Below, one piece after another: positions 7,380-20,682 of a DNA stretch of 55,083 nt. The notes below the pieces were generated by a model. It saw only the letters and a list, made by a program, of their open reading frames with translations, was not told where the DNA came from and did no database searches. Position 1 is the first letter of the stretch. Each line of letters starts with the position of its first letter. Where the stretch lies: the NCBI GenBank assembly GCA_014801235.1, contig JAAVEM010000039.1:1-55083 (forward strand), given 5' to 3'. The position numbers were made by a program, and so were the translations under genes. The DNA comes from Bacteroides sp. GTDB taxonomy: Bacteria; Bacteroidota; Bacteroidia; Bacteroidales; Muribaculaceae.

Positions 7380-9266
7380 CTATTCACACGGGAAAGTGAA
7401 AACTATTCTGCAGCCTCCGGTGTAGGAGGAATCGATCTTCACGGAACCGCCGATCGCCTTTGCTACAGCTCGGCACAATGCGAGCCCGATTCCGGCGCCC
7501 TGCTTGAATTCGTTTATTTTCGTGAAGCGTTCAAACACCCATTCCTGCTTGTCGCGCGGGATGCCGGGACCGGTGTCGGTCACGGTCACGATGGCTTGCT
7601 TGGAGTCGTCAGAGAGTTCACACTTCATCGAAACCGAACCTCGTTCGGTAAATTTGAATGCGTTATGCAAGAGATTGGCAAGCGCTGCCTCGACGAGGTT
7701 TTTCGAGGTGAACACGGTGAGCGAATCGCTTGTCGGCTGATAGCGGAAAGATGTGTTTGGCGACTTTTTAAATTCAGCCTGGGAGTAGGCTACGTTACAT
7801 AGCTCATTCAGCGACACACGTTTTTTGTTGTCGGCTTTTCCTGCGTCAATGTCTGAAATGACGATTATGTCATTCACCATTTTGAGGAGGTCGTCGCTGT
7901 TTTTGGTGATGACGTCGGCATAGGTCTGAAGGCTTTCGTCGAGCGAAGCCGACAGCACTTGCGCAAATCCTACAATGGCGTTAAGCGGGGTGCGAATCTC
8001 ATGGCTCATGTTCTGGATGAACTTGGTCTTTAGGTCGCTCACCTGTTCCACCTTTTTCATCGCGTCGAGCACTTTGTTGCGCTCCTCTTCCACGATATGC
8101 TTCAGGCGGTTTATGCGGGCAAGCTGGATTAGCGCCATTATCAATGCGCATGCCAGGATTGCCACGACAATGATGGCAAACCAGATTTCAGCCTTGTGCT
8201 GGTCATACAATGAAACCGGTTCATTTATAATGTTTGCTGTTTCCGGAAGCTTGGAAGCGTCGATTCCGAAATGCTCCAGCATATTATAGTCAAATATGTA
8301 TTGTCCCGGGATGATTGTGACGGGAGCTGCCGACTCGGGATCGTTGAGGTAGTTGAACGAGTCGTGGGCGAGGCTGGCTCCGACGGTGCGGTATTGCGGC
8401 GTAAAACCGCCGATGGCCCAGATGTTCATGCCAACCGATGACAGCGTCATGACGGGTATGTCGGGGTTTGCCTCTTTGAGCATGGCGATTGTGTTGCCGA
8501 GCAGGAATTCTCCGCTTTTATCAACGCGCCATGTTCCGCAAAAAATAGCGGTGACGGGAGTGAGTCCCGCTATGGTTGAGCTTGCTTCATCGACGGTCTT
8601 GGTTCTTCCGTCGATGAAGATAGGCGCGTATTCTGGATATTTGCTTGACTCGCGTTTTATCCATGACTGCATGTTTACGCCTCCGAAAGTGTTATCGGTC
8701 AGGAATGCGATGTTCTTGATTCCGGGAAAGAGTTTGCGCATCATGTCGATATTGTCTTTCAGGCTATATTCGTAGGCGTATCCGCCGACGATATTGAAAT
8801 CGTTGAAGTCTATGCGGATGTCTTTTGAAGCCGGATGCCACGAGGCGAGGTCGATTGAGTCGGGCGGCAATGGAATTGTGTTGCGGCTGATCAATCCGCC
8901 CATGATGGGAATCTGTTTGAGCCTTTGATCGTCTTGTGAAAGATAGGTGGACCATGCCTCTTGCCCCAGAAGCACTATCATGTCGGGTTGTTGGGTACCG
9001 TTGTATTTCCCCATTATCGTGTTGAGGCGGTCATTCCATGCTCCTGCATCCTTGAGATAAAGGCAATCGAGGCTCTCGATTGCTATTCGGGCGTTGGGGT
9101 CCAGCCGTCTGTAGGCTTCGTTGAATTCCTCGAGATTTACCTGCATCGACCCCATGTCGGGGTTGTAGGATGTTATGATTAGTATGAGTTTTTCGTCATC
9201 ACGATTAGCCGCCCATGTGTTGAGCACGGAAACAAAAACGAGAATGACATATATTAAATATCTCAT
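7380..9266 (-). CDS. Membrane sensor histidine kinase (periplasmic binding-protein-like sensor, HisKA, HATPase)
   Basis: Signal/TM segments; FIQNMSHEIRTPLNAIVGF H-box; NAFKFT N-box; DTGPGI and GAGIGL G-boxes. Confidence 0.92.
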   Translation of the reverse strand: MRYLIYVILVFVSVLNTWAANRDDEKLILIITSYNPDMGSMQVNLEEFNEAYRRLDPNARIAIESLDCLYLKDAGAWNDRLNTIMGKYNGTQQPDMIVLLGQEAWSTYLSQDDQRLKQIPIMGGLISRNTIPLPPDSIDLASWHPASKDIRIDFNDFNIVGGYAYEYSLKDNIDMMRKLFPGIKNIAFLTDNTFGGVNMQSWIKRESSKYPEYAPIFIDGRTKTVDEASSTIAGLTPVTAIFCGTWRVDKSGEFLLGNTIAMLKEANPDIPVMTLSSVGMNIWAIGGFTPQYRTVGASLAHDSFNYLNDPESAAPVTIIPGQYIFDYNMLEHFGIDASKLPETANIINEPVSLYDQHKAEIWFAIIVVAILACALIMALIQLARINRLKHIVEEERNKVLDAMKKVEQVSDLKTKFIQNMSHEIRTPLNAIVGFAQVLSASLDESLQTYADVITKNSDDLLKMVNDIIVISDIDAGKADNKKRVSLNELCNVAYSQAEFKKSPNTSFRYQPTSDSLTVFTSKNLVEAALANLLHNAFKFTERGSVSMKCELSDDSKQAIVTVTDTGPGIPRDKQEWVFERFTKINEFKQGAGIGLALCRAVAKAIGGSVKIDSSYTGGCRIVFTFPCE

Positions 9267-9434
9267 TGCATTAAATTCAAAGTTAATCTATATACTTGCA
9301 AATATACTAAAAAATGGGGTGAAATGCGAACTTTTGATATGCAGCAAAGGGTAAGTTAACATAAATTAACCTACCCGAGAATTATAAAAGTGTGAAGTTT
9401 ATAGCATTAGATGTATGTGAATATTCGATGTTTT

Positions 9435-10181
9435 TTATTGTTTGATGTCAAAACCGCGTCGGCGCAATGCGTCGAGAGTGTGGTAGGACATCGCCTCTTT
9501 GTAATAGCTTATGATGTGGTTGCACCAATCGTTTTCGGTCTTTGTGCCGCTTCTTGTGCGGTTGTATTCCGAGATTAGAGCGTCATATTCAAGCAGCTCC
9601 TTGGTCATGTCGTCCTGGCGGTAGGTGTTGTGATAGATCACGAGATCGGTAGCCTGCTTGGGCTTCATGTCGGGCATCTCGCGTGGAACTCCTATGGCAA
9701 GACCGCAAACGACAAACACGTGCTGCGGGAGTTTGAGGATTCGGGCGATTGCTTCAGGAGCCGCCGTGCGGGCATAGCCGATGGGACAGGTTCCTAATCC
9801 TGATGCTTCAGCGGCAGTCAAGGCGCTCATCATGGCGAGAGTAGCATCGACAATTCCCACAATCACCCCGTCGGCGGTCATCGGGAAGTCGGGCATCTCC
9901 GACGACTTGGCGGCGGCAAGGGTGTATATCTTATTATAATCAGCGCAGAAAAGTAAAAATCTGCGGCAGGTCTTGATCTGTTTCTGACCAGTCAGTTCAT
10001 ATAGTTGCTCTTTTATTGCTTGGTCGTCAACGTCAATCACCGAGAACTGTTGTCCATTATAACTGGTGGGTGTGTTTCTTATCGCTTCATAAATGAAGTC
10101 TATAGTTTCCTGCGGAATATCTTCGCGCTCGTAGCGCCTGATGCTTCTGCGGTCTAATAAAGTGGCTTTAGCTGTTTTCAT
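9435..10181 (-). CDS. NfsA/FRP-type nitroreductase (NADPH-flavin oxidoreductase)
   Basis: RRSIRRY, PTSYNGQQFSVI, AEASGLGTCPIG, GLAIGVP motifs. Confidence 0.88.
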   Translation of the reverse strand: MKTAKATLLDRRSIRRYEREDIPQETIDFIYEAIRNTPTSYNGQQFSVIDVDDQAIKEQLYELTGQKQIKTCRRFLLFCADYNKIYTLAAAKSSEMPDFPMTADGVIVGIVDATLAMMSALTAAEASGLGTCPIGYARTAAPEAIARILKLPQHVFVVCGLAIGVPREMPDMKPKQATDLVIYHNTYRQDDMTKELLEYDALISEYNRTRSGTKTENDWCNHIISYYKEAMSYHTLDALRRRGFDIKQ

Positions 10182-10251
10182 GACTTACTGGCAAATGATT
10201 GAACATGAATTCTTAGCTTTGAAACAATCATTGCCGCCGATTTGTTCACCG

Positions 10252-11838
10252 CTAAATATCGATACGCCCTATTTTTAGTATGTCGGTTTCAAAAGTTTCA
10301 CGATTGATGGCGCGGTTGCGCAGGCGGTTGCGGTAGGCATAGATGGTGTTGACCGAATAGTTGAGCACCTGCGCGATGCGCGTGCTGTCTTCAACTCCGA
10401 GCCTCATGAACGCAAGTATGCGCAAATCGGTATTGAGCAGTTCGCCGTGAGAGAGCTCGATTCGGCATTCGGGGCGTAGTTTCCGGTTGACTTCATTGAC
10501 GAAATCGGGATAAATGTGAAGAAAAGCGCGGTCAAACGTGTCGTAAAATTCCTGGCTCTGCTCCTCGGCGAATTTTCCGGAAGATATCAGCTTGTAAAGT
10601 TCGTCGGTGTTGCCGGTTGAGATTTTGCGTGTCGTTATCTTGCAAAATTGATTGAGGCGTTCCATGTAGGCGGTGCATAAGTTGAGGAACTCGCTTATGT
10701 ACATCTCCTTGATTTTATTGGCTCCGGCAAGCCCCTCCTTTAGCTTTTTCAGATGTTTCATTTCGGCTCTAAGGCGCATGGCTATCAACAGAAGGCATAT
10801 CACAAGGATGCCCATGACGGCAATCACTATGCCGGTCCAGAGTTTTATGCGGCTTTCGCTTTTGCGGTGGGCTTCGGCGATTACCGGGATCGAGCCCGAT
10901 GCCTGAAGCATTCGCATGGGGGCGTTGCACTCTACGGCGTCAGACAGCGCCATGTTCAGATATCTGTGGGCGCGCTCGAGGTCGTTGTTGTCAAACATGG
11001 CGGCTCCCAGCTCATGCAGTGAAACGGTTTCGCGGGTTGCATTGCGTATGTCGCCGGTGGCTGATTTCGCAAGATAGTACAGTTGCCCGTTCACGTTATC
11101 GTAGCTCTTGTGTATCTGAGCCATGATGTTGGCGGCGATGGCGGAAAGCTCGGGCGAACGGGGCGAATTTTCGAGATATTCGTCAAGAATTTCCTTGGCT
11201 TCTGACGAGTGTCCGGTTGCCCATAGGAATTCGCTTGAGCGCACGGTGTGCTCCTCGGAATTGTTAGGCAGTATTTCCAGCAGGCGGCGAAGCATGTTGA
11301 TTGATTTTGTCCGCCACTTTTTGGATGACTCCGACTGCGGGTGATAAAATGACGACTGATAGTAATATAGCTGTCTGCCGGCATTGAAAAAGTACACCTT
11401 GAGGGAGTCGGGGAGTGATTCCGGCGACATTTCCATGAATGTTTGTGCCGCTTCCGAGCCAAATCCGGTCAGCGTCATTGCCACGAGTTTTTTAAGCCTG
11501 AATCTCATTTCAAGATCGGGCATTTGATGTAGCCGCGCTATTTCTTCGCCTCGTTCATAGGCGACTTTTGCCGAGTCGGCGAGGTAGCCGTTATAGCTGT
11601 CGCCAAGCGACATAAGCAGATCGAGCTGCTGTCTTGAAGCTGGCGGAACCGAGTCAAGACGGGCTGAAATCGAGTCTATGCGCGCTTGCCGCGCGTCCAT
11701 GTAGGCGCGTCGTCGAGTAAGCTCCCCGTCAAGTTCTTTAAGGGCTTGCCTCACATCGCGGTCGGTTATGCTTTTGGCGGCGCAGGCGATTGCGCTCAGT
11801 GACAGGAAAAATGTGATTATGATAAGTCTTATTCTCAC
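10252..11838 (-). CDS. DUF6377-type membrane-anchored regulator (periplasmic TPR-like region, TM, C-terminal HTH)
   Basis: Signal peptide, single TM, ANKIKEMYISEFLNLC, FDRAFLHIYPDFV and LNYSVNTIYAYRNRLRNRA typical of Bacteroidales SusR-like/DUF6377 proteins. Confidence 0.75.
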   Translation of the reverse strand: MRIRLIIITFFLSLSAIACAAKSITDRDVRQALKELDGELTRRRAYMDARQARIDSISARLDSVPPASRQQLDLLMSLGDSYNGYLADSAKVAYERGEEIARLHQMPDLEMRFRLKKLVAMTLTGFGSEAAQTFMEMSPESLPDSLKVYFFNAGRQLYYYQSSFYHPQSESSKKWRTKSINMLRRLLEILPNNSEEHTVRSSEFLWATGHSSEAKEILDEYLENSPRSPELSAIAANIMAQIHKSYDNVNGQLYYLAKSATGDIRNATRETVSLHELGAAMFDNNDLERAHRYLNMALSDAVECNAPMRMLQASGSIPVIAEAHRKSESRIKLWTGIVIAVMGILVICLLLIAMRLRAEMKHLKKLKEGLAGANKIKEMYISEFLNLCTAYMERLNQFCKITTRKISTGNTDELYKLISSGKFAEEQSQEFYDTFDRAFLHIYPDFVNEVNRKLRPECRIELSHGELLNTDLRILAFMRLGVEDSTRIAQVLNYSVNTIYAYRNRLRNRAINRETFETDILKIGRIDI

Positions 11839-11999
11839 GATCGGTCGCTTGGTGTTGGATTACAAAGATATTAAAAAGGTTCAAATAAAAATTAAAGGCG
11901 AGATATTATTTTTGATAGCCGATGCTGTTATTTGGCTCTTTCGGATTATAAAGTGGTCGATAATTCTTATCTTTGCTTGGTCAAAGAGATGATTTTGAT

Positions 12000-12884
12000 A
12001 TGGATTTTGAAACGATAAGCGCTATTCCCAAGCCAGCCTATGCCGCCGGTGTCAGCAGTAGCAGTATTGCCGTGTTTGACCGTCTTGACGAGTTGAGTGA
12101 GCTTAAACTCCCGGCAAAGATAGATTTCTTGCTGTCCATCCTTTGCGAGCAAGGGACATTGACGTTGGAGTATGACACCACTTCGCGGCAGCTCACAAGC
12201 AGGGAACTCATGGTGCTCAAGCCTGGTCATGTGCTTTATAGCTATCATGCCTCGGCTGGTTTCCGCGGTCATGTGATTGTGGTTGGCACTTCGATGTTGG
12301 GCAATGCCTTGACGGCGTTGTCCAAAGTGTTGCCGTGCTTTTTGAAGTACAAGGACACTCCGGTCATAAAACTCACTCCCGACGAAATTGCCACTCAGGT
12401 TGCGATAAGGTCAATACTTCGCAAAAAGACATCCACCCGCGACGGCCATTTGTATCGTGACGATGTGATAAGATCATTGTTGGAAAGCCTTTTTTACGAC
12501 ACCCTCGGGCTATATGCCTCGTCGGCGACTGTGCGTCATCCTGCCGAGGGGATGACGCGCCGGGATGCTCTTTTTCATCAGTTCATAAAGTTGGTGGAGG
12601 AGAATTTCTATAATGAGCGTTCGCTGTCGTTTTATGCCGAAAAGCTCGGTGTGACTCCCAAGCACTTGTCGGCGTCCATAAGGGAGGCGAGCGGACACAC
12701 GGCGGGAGAATGGATTGATTCCTATGTCCTTATAGAGTCTAAACTGATGTTGCGCAACACTGAACTCTCCATTCAGGAGATAAGCGCGAAATTGAATTTC
12801 AAAAATCAGTCTTTTTTTGGAAAATATTTTAAACGCTTGTCGGGACAATCGCCCAGAGATTACCGGGCACATCCAAATTCATAG
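12000..12884 (+). CDS. AraC-family transcriptional regulator
   Basis: C-terminal FYAEKLGVTPKHLS...LSIQEISAKLNFKNQSFFGKYFKRLSGQSP. Start moved to ATG 12000 because the TTG at 11973 lies in the TATCTTTG promoter box (11968-11975). Confidence 0.92.
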   Translation: MDFETISAIPKPAYAAGVSSSSIAVFDRLDELSELKLPAKIDFLLSILCEQGTLTLEYDTTSRQLTSRELMVLKPGHVLYSYHASAGFRGHVIVVGTSMLGNALTALSKVLPCFLKYKDTPVIKLTPDEIATQVAIRSILRKKTSTRDGHLYRDDVIRSLLESLFYDTLGLYASSATVRHPAEGMTRRDALFHQFIKLVEENFYNERSLSFYAEKLGVTPKHLSASIREASGHTAGEWIDSYVLIESKLMLRNTELSIQEISAKLNFKNQSFFGKYFKRLSGQSPRDYRAHPNS

Positions 12885-12942
12885 CAATTGTTGTTGATTA
12901 AGCGGATTTTGCGTAACTTTGCCCACCTCAAAAGATTTAAGC

Positions 12943-14871
12943 ATGTTAGGAATTAAGCGTCTATATACATTTATGTTGCAGAGTTTTCTCCCTCTGTTCC
13001 TGATGACGTTTTTTATCTGCCTGTTCATAGTGCTCATGCAGTTCCTGTGGCGTTATATTGATGACCTCGTTGGCAAGGGGTTGGAAATGAGCGTTATAGG
13101 AGAGCTGTTCTTTTATGCTGCGCTGACAATGGTGCCTTTGGCGCTTCCTCTTGCCATTCTTCTTGCATCGCTGATGACTTTCGGTAATCTCGGGGAGCGG
13201 TTTGAGCTCACTGCTATGAAGGCGTCGGGAGTGTCGCTTGTGAGGGCTATGAGACCCTTGATTGTGCTGATGGTGTTTGTTGCGGCAGGCGCGTTTTTCT
13301 TTCAGAACAATGTTCTTCCGATAGCCCAGACCAAAATGTGGACATTGCTCTATTCCATGCGACAGAAATCGCCTGAGCTTGATATTCCTGAAGGCGTTTT
13401 TTATGATCAGATACCCGGATTTAATCTATATGTGAATAAAAAGGATTCTGAAACCGGCATGCTTCATGACCTGCTTATTTATAATGTGGAGCGCGGGACT
13501 GACAACGCTACCATCATCTATGCCGATTCCGGCAAGATGTCTATGACCGACGATAAGGGACACTTGTTCCTTCAGCTATGGAAAGGGGAGCAGTTTGAAA
13601 ACCTCCGTGAGCAGGGCGGAATAGCTTCGCGTAATGTGCCCTACCGTCGTGAATCGTTTGACAACAAGGAGGTGATGATTACTTTTGACGCTAATTTCAA
13701 CCGCATGGATGAAAGCGGAATGAGGAATCAGTATGTGGGAAAAAACATAAAAGAGTTGCAGGCTACCATCGACTCCATCAATCTTAGAGTGGACAGCGTG
13801 GGGTCGATATATGCTAAAAGCCTCAAGCAGAATTCCTATATGGGCGTGCCTTATGATGAGTATGTCAGAAAGCCCGACGGCTCAGGCGTGTTTGAGCGTT
13901 CAAAGCCGGTGAAGCTTGACCGTCCCGTCGACATTGATTCGGTGTTTAAGGGCAGTAATCCCGCATTTGCGAAATCGGTGATAAACCAAGGATTGTCAAA
14001 AGCTCGCAGGGCGCTGACCGACTATGAGTATAAAGCCGATATGATGCATGACGATAAGTACACCATACGCCGCCATGCCATCGAGCTCATGAAAAAGTTC
14101 ACGCTTTCGGCGGCATGCCTGGTGTTCTTCTTCATCGGAGCTCCATTGGGCGCCATTATCCGAAAAGGCGGTCTTGGAACTCCGCTGGTTATCTCGGTTA
14201 TTCTGTTCATCTTCTATTATATAATAGATAACGCCGGATATAAGATGGCACGCGACGGCAAGGTGGCGATCTGGGAAGGGCTTTGGTTGTCGACATTTGT
14301 GCTTCTTCCGCTTGGAATATTTTTCACCTATAAGGCGGTCAATGACTCTGCCGTGTTTAATGCCGACGCTTATGCCAATTTCTTCCGCAAGTTGTTTGGC
14401 AAGGGTGAAACCCGCAAACTTGAGGTGAAAGAGGTCGTTATGGATGAAGTGGACAGGAATGTAGCTATTGAAGGCATTGAAAAATTGTCGGAGAATTGCC
14501 GCCGTTTTATGGATCGGTATCCTGGACGGCAGAGCTATATGCAATATTGGCGTGACGGCTACGACCGCCGTGAGCTTCATTCAGTCAGGGCTGAACTTGA
14601 ACACTTGGTGGACTACATGTCAAACGACCGCCATCGAATAATAATATTGAAGCTGATGGAACTGCCGGTGTTGAAGAATCTATGGTTCTATCATCCCGGT
14701 TCATATCCTTGGCTCTCGTGGTTGTTCATCGTGGTTTTCCCGCTTGGTATACCGCTTTATTTGTGGGGTATTCGCCAGCAGCGAAAACTAAAAGAGGAGC
14801 TTGAGCGTATAATTACTACCGGCAGGGAATTGATAACTCTGTTGCGGGTTAATACTGAAGACATTAATTAA
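12943..14871 (+). CDS. LptF/LptG-family LPS export permease
   Basis: [12 protein letters not shown]..., [48 protein letters not shown] 12919 lies in the TAACTTTG promoter box, so ATG 12943 is used. Confidence 0.9.
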   Translation: MLGIKRLYTFMLQSFLPLFLMTFFICLFIVLMQFLWRYIDDLVGKGLEMSVIGELFFYAALTMVPLALPLAILLASLMTFGNLGERFELTAMKASGVSLVRAMRPLIVLMVFVAAGAFFFQNNVLPIAQTKMWTLLYSMRQKSPELDIPEGVFYDQIPGFNLYVNKKDSETGMLHDLLIYNVERGTDNATIIYADSGKMSMTDDKGHLFLQLWKGEQFENLREQGGIASRNVPYRRESFDNKEVMITFDANFNRMDESGMRNQYVGKNIKELQATIDSINLRVDSVGSIYAKSLKQNSYMGVPYDEYVRKPDGSGVFERSKPVKLDRPVDIDSVFKGSNPAFAKSVINQGLSKARRALTDYEYKADMMHDDKYTIRRHAIELMKKFTLSAACLVFFFIGAPLGAIIRKGGLGTPLVISVILFIFYYIIDNAGYKMARDGKVAIWEGLWLSTFVLLPLGIFFTYKAVNDSAVFNADAYANFFRKLFGKGETRKLEVKEVVMDEVDRNVAIEGIEKLSENCRRFMDRYPGRQSYMQYWRDGYDRRELHSVRAELEHLVDYMSNDRHRIIILKLMELPVLKNLWFYHPGSYPWLSWLFIVVFPLGIPLYLWGIRQQRKLKEELERIITTGRELITLLRVNTEDIN

Positions 14872-14879
14872 TACAAGAA

Positions 14880-16091
14880 ATGGACAAGATAAAACTTGAC
14901 TCTATAGAGGAGGCTCTACAGGATTTTCGAGAAGGAAAATTTGTGATCGTTGTTGATGACGAAGATCGCGAAAATGAAGGCGATTTGATTGTAGCTGCTG
15001 AGAAAATCACGCCTGAGCAGGTGAATTTTATGCTCAAACATGCGAGGGGGGTGCTTTGTGTTCCAATGACTATTTCCCGATGCAAAGAGCTTGAGCTTGC
15101 TCATCAAGTCGAAAACAATACATCGATGCTCGGCACTCCGTTTACGGTGACTGTCGACAAGCTTGAAGGCTGTTCGACAGGCGTGAGCATCGCCGACCGC
15201 GCTGCTACCATCCGCGCCCTTGCCGATCCGGCTTCAAAGCCTGAGACTTTCGGGCGTCCCGGACACATTAATCCGCTCTATGCCCAGGACAAGGGCGTGT
15301 TGCGTCGTTCGGGTCACACTGAGGCTGCTGTCGATTTGGCGCGTCTTGCAGGATTGCAGCCGGTTGCAGCCTTGATGGAGATTATGAGCGACGACGGAAC
15401 GATGGCTCGCTTGCCTGAGTTGCGCCGCCGTGCCGACGAATGGGGACTTAAGCTCATTTCGATTTCTGATTTGATTGCTTACAGGCTTAAGCAGGAATCC
15501 CTCGTGGAGAAGGGTGTTGAGGTCGATATGCCTACTAAATATGGTCATTTTCGACTTATTCCGTTCAAGCAGAAAAGCAACGGACTTGAACACATAGCGA
15601 TAATCAAAGGCGATTTAAGCAATTCTGATGAACCGGCGTTGGTGAGGGTGCATTCCTCTTGCGCCACCGGCGATATTTTTGGATCGCAACGCTGCGACTG
15701 TGGCGATCAGCTCCATAAAGCCCTTGAGATGATAGAGAAAGAGGGGCGTGGCGCCGTTGTCTATCTTAATCAGGAGGGACGAGGAATCGGACTCATGGAG
15801 AAGATGAAGGCATATAAACTTCAGGAAGGGGGCATGGACACTGTCGATGCCAACATCTGCCTGGGGCATCTTGCCGACGAGCGCGACTACGGTGTCGGTG
15901 CGCAGATTTTGCGTGAAATCGGAGTGAGAAAGATGCGTCTTATGACCAATAACCCGGTGAAACGTGTGGGTCTGGAGGCTTACGGGCTTGAAATCGTGGA
16001 GAATGTGCCTGTTGAGGTGGTTCCTAATGAATACAACCTCCGCTATATGCGCACTAAAAAAGAGCGTATGGGCCACAGTCTTCATATATGA
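14880..16091 (+). CDS. ribBA: Bifunctional 3,4-dihydroxy-2-butanone-4-phosphate synthase / GTP cyclohydrolase II
   Basis: [48 protein letters not shown]. Confidence 0.97.
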   Translation: MDKIKLDSIEEALQDFREGKFVIVVDDEDRENEGDLIVAAEKITPEQVNFMLKHARGVLCVPMTISRCKELELAHQVENNTSMLGTPFTVTVDKLEGCSTGVSIADRAATIRALADPASKPETFGRPGHINPLYAQDKGVLRRSGHTEAAVDLARLAGLQPVAALMEIMSDDGTMARLPELRRRADEWGLKLISISDLIAYRLKQESLVEKGVEVDMPTKYGHFRLIPFKQKSNGLEHIAIIKGDLSNSDEPALVRVHSSCATGDIFGSQRCDCGDQLHKALEMIEKEGRGAVVYLNQEGRGIGLMEKMKAYKLQEGGMDTVDANICLGHLADERDYGVGAQILREIGVRKMRLMTNNPVKRVGLEAYGLEIVENVPVEVVPNEYNLRYMRTKKERMGHSLHI

Positions 16092-16186
16092 TGATTTAAA
16101 GAATATGAATTAAGATTAAAACACATGCGGCTGCCAAAACACTTGGCTGCCGTATGTTGTTTTAAAGCTGTGAAAAGTTGATGAGG

Positions 16187-16237
16187 TGACAAATTGTCAA
16201 TCATCATGTCACAATCACGATTTGGCGCAATATGTGC
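16187..16237 (+). promoter_or_regulatory. Possible sigma54-type -24/-12 promoter with upstream palindrome for groES-groEL
   Basis: TGACAAATTGTCA palindrome 16187-16199; TGGCGC-AATAT-GTGC with GG 16224-16225, N10, GC 16236-16237. Confidence 0.45.
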
Positions 16238-16296
16238 CATAGATAAATGTAGATGGAATAAAATAACTTAAACATATAATTAAAACAATAACCAAA

Positions 16297-18227
<1,931 letters not shown>

Positions 18228-18254
18228 TGACCATTCTGTCGACAATTAAAATAT

Positions 18255-18287
18255 AGCCGGATGCAATTAGCGTCCGGCTTTTTTTTT
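18255..18287 (+). terminator. groESL intrinsic terminator
   Basis: agccggatgc-aatta-gcgtccggct followed by T-run. Confidence 0.85.
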
Positions 18288-18318
18288 ATTCTTGACGAAA
18301 TAGATTATCTTTGTAGAT

Positions 18319-20334
18319 ATGGACGAGCAGATCAAGACCAAGGTTGAGCATCTTAGAAAAGAGCTTAACCGGCATAATTATAATTATTATGTGCTTAACG
18401 CGCCTGAAATTTCTGACTTTGAGTTTGATATGATGATGAAAGAGCTTGAAGCTCTTGAACATGACTATCCTCAGTTGGATGACCCGTTGTCGCCTACCCA
18501 TCGTGTAGGCAGCGACATTAACAAGGCGTTCACTCAGTTTGTGCATAAGCGGCCCATGCTTTCATTGAGCAACACTTATTCAGTTGAGGAGGTCGACGAA
18601 TGGTTTGAGCGCGTGAAGTCGGGATTGTCGGGTGAGGCATTTGAGATAGTGGGTGAGATGAAGTATGACGGTACTTCGATTTCGCTTACATACGTCAACG
18701 GCAGACTTGAGCGCGCGGTGACGCGCGGTGATGGCGAGCGCGGCGACGTCGTGACCGACAATGTTAAGACGATTCGCAGCATTCCCCTCCAGCTTCAGGG
18801 TGAAGGCTATCCCGATGAATTTGAAATCAGAGGGGAAATAGTTTTGCCGTGGAAAGAGTTTGACCGTCTTAATGCCGAGCGAGAGTTCAACGAGGAGCCT
18901 CTCTTCGCCAATCCTCGAAATGCCGCTTCGGGAACTCTTAAAATGCAGAATTCGGCTGAGGTGGCTAAACGCGGTCTTGATGCGGTGTTCTATTATCTGC
19001 TTGGCGACAATCTTCCTGCCGACACCCATTACGAGAATATGCAGATTGCCCGCAGTTGGGGTTTTAAAGTTGCTCCTATTATGGAACTTCTGCATGGAAT
19101 CAATGACGTGGAGCGCTTCATCAATCATTGGGATGGGGCAAGGAAGGAGCTGCCGATTGCCACCGACGGACTTGTCTTCAAGGTGAATAATCTGCGTCAG
19201 CAGCTTAATTTGGGTTACACCGCTAAATCTCCGCGATGGGCGATAGCCTATAAGTTTCAGGCTGAACGAGCGTTGACTCGTCTTCAGGAGGTCTCGTTTG
19301 AGGTGGGCAGAACAGGGGTCATCACTCCTGTGGCAAATCTCGACCCTGTGTTGTTGTCGGGCACTATTGTTAAGCGCGCGTCGCTGCATAATGAAGATAT
19401 TATAAAAACGCTCGGCATCCATGAGCATGACATGCTTTATGTGGAGAAGGGAGGAGAGATAATCCCGAAGATTACCGGGGTTGACGACGCTGCGCGCGAA
19501 CCTGACTCGAAACCGGTTGAGTTCATCAAGGAGTGTCCTGTTTGTGGCACTGCGCTTGTCAGGGTTGAGGGCGAGGCGGCATGGATGTGCCCCAATAAAT
19601 ATGGATGCGTTCCCCAGATATGTGGCAGAATCGAGCATTTCGTTGGACGCCGCATGATGAACATCGACGGCATAGGGGAGGAGATGGTCGTTTTGCTTTA
19701 CCGTAATGGTTGGGTCAGAGATATTGCTGATCTATATTCGCTTGATGATCATCGTTCGGAAATGTTGTTGCTGCCAGGCATAGGACCGAGAACGGTTGAC
19801 CGCATTATTGAAGGAATCGAAGCGTCGAAGAAGGCTCCTTTTGAAAGAGTTGTCTATGCTCTGTCCATCCCTTATGTTGGAGAGACAGGGGCTAAGAAAC
19901 TGGCGCGCGCCGTGAGAAATATCGATGCTCTGATGTCGGCTTCGGCAGAACAGCTAACGGCTATAGACGATATAGGGCCCAGAATAGCGGAAAGTATCAT
20001 TGATTTTTTTGCCGCGCAAGAGAATCGTGACATAATCAACCGGTTGAAAATTGCCGGAGTAACGATGTCAATGCCTGACGAGGAAGAGGGTGAAGGTTCC
20101 GATAAACTTTCAGGAAAGACGATAGTCATAAGCGGAACATTCCTTCATCATTCGCGCGATGAGTATAAAGAGATTATAGAGCGCAATGGAGGAAAGAACG
20201 CCGGCTCTATATCTAAGAAGACCGATTTTATTCTTGCCGGCGACAATATGGGACCGTATAAGCGTGAAAAAGCGGTGTCGCTCAATATTCCGATGCTTAG
20301 CGAGGATGAATTTCTTGAATTGATTTCAGAATAA
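18319..20334 (+). CDS. ligA: NAD-dependent DNA ligase
   Basis: EMKYDG (KxDG), [22 protein letters not shown], Zn finger, C-terminal BRCT. Confidence 0.98.
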   Translation: MDEQIKTKVEHLRKELNRHNYNYYVLNAPEISDFEFDMMMKELEALEHDYPQLDDPLSPTHRVGSDINKAFTQFVHKRPMLSLSNTYSVEEVDEWFERVKSGLSGEAFEIVGEMKYDGTSISLTYVNGRLERAVTRGDGERGDVVTDNVKTIRSIPLQLQGEGYPDEFEIRGEIVLPWKEFDRLNAEREFNEEPLFANPRNAASGTLKMQNSAEVAKRGLDAVFYYLLGDNLPADTHYENMQIARSWGFKVAPIMELLHGINDVERFINHWDGARKELPIATDGLVFKVNNLRQQLNLGYTAKSPRWAIAYKFQAERALTRLQEVSFEVGRTGVITPVANLDPVLLSGTIVKRASLHNEDIIKTLGIHEHDMLYVEKGGEIIPKITGVDDAAREPDSKPVEFIKECPVCGTALVRVEGEAAWMCPNKYGCVPQICGRIEHFVGRRMMNIDGIGEEMVVLLYRNGWVRDIADLYSLDDHRSEMLLLPGIGPRTVDRIIEGIEASKKAPFERVVYALSIPYVGETGAKKLARAVRNIDALMSASAEQLTAIDDIGPRIAESIIDFFAAQENRDIINRLKIAGVTMSMPDEEEGEGSDKLSGKTIVISGTFLHHSRDEYKEIIERNGGKNAGSISKKTDFILAGDNMGPYKREKAVSLNIPMLSEDEFLELISE

Positions 20335-20358
20335 TAGACTATAACGATATAATTAACT

Positions 20359-20682
20359 ATGACTCCAGAAGAAAAACTTGCTATAGAAGAGCGCGTGATA
20401 ACAATGCTTAAGACTGTATATGACCCGGAAATACCGGTGGACATATATAATCTCGGACTTATTTACAAGATTGATCTTGCCGATGACGGGGCGTTGAATG
20501 TTGACATGACGTTGACAGCTCCAAGTTGTCCGGCGGCTGATTTTATTGTTGAAGACGCTCGCATAAAGCTCGAGAGTGTCGAAGGGGTGAAGTCGGTAAA
20601 TATCAACATTGTCTTTGAGCCTGAATGGAACAAGGACATGATGAGCGAGGAAGCCAAGCTCGATTTGGGATTTCTTGACTGA
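20359..20682 (+). CDS. DUF59/SufT-like metal-sulfur cluster assembly protein
   Basis: VYDPEIPVDIYNLGLIY, MTLTAPSCPAA, EPEW motifs. Confidence 0.9.
   Translation: MTPEEKLAIEERVITMLKTVYDPEIPVDIYNLGLIYKIDLADDGALNVDMTLTAPSCPAADFIVEDARIKLESVEGVKSVNINIVFEPEWNKDMMSEEAKLDLGFLD

Noticed and set aside
11973..12000. Upstream near-cognate starts given by the ORF track (11973, 12919, 32679, 43146)
   Set aside because: They fall in or upstream of TAnnTTTG promoter boxes; downstream ATGs (12000, 12943, 32700, 43218) fit the protein families better.
18580..19638. Long antisense ORFs (e.g. 352 aa opposite ligA, 345 aa at 52048-53085, 230 aa opposite rluA)
   Set aside because: Shadows of codon-biased sense genes; no motifs or independent expression signals.
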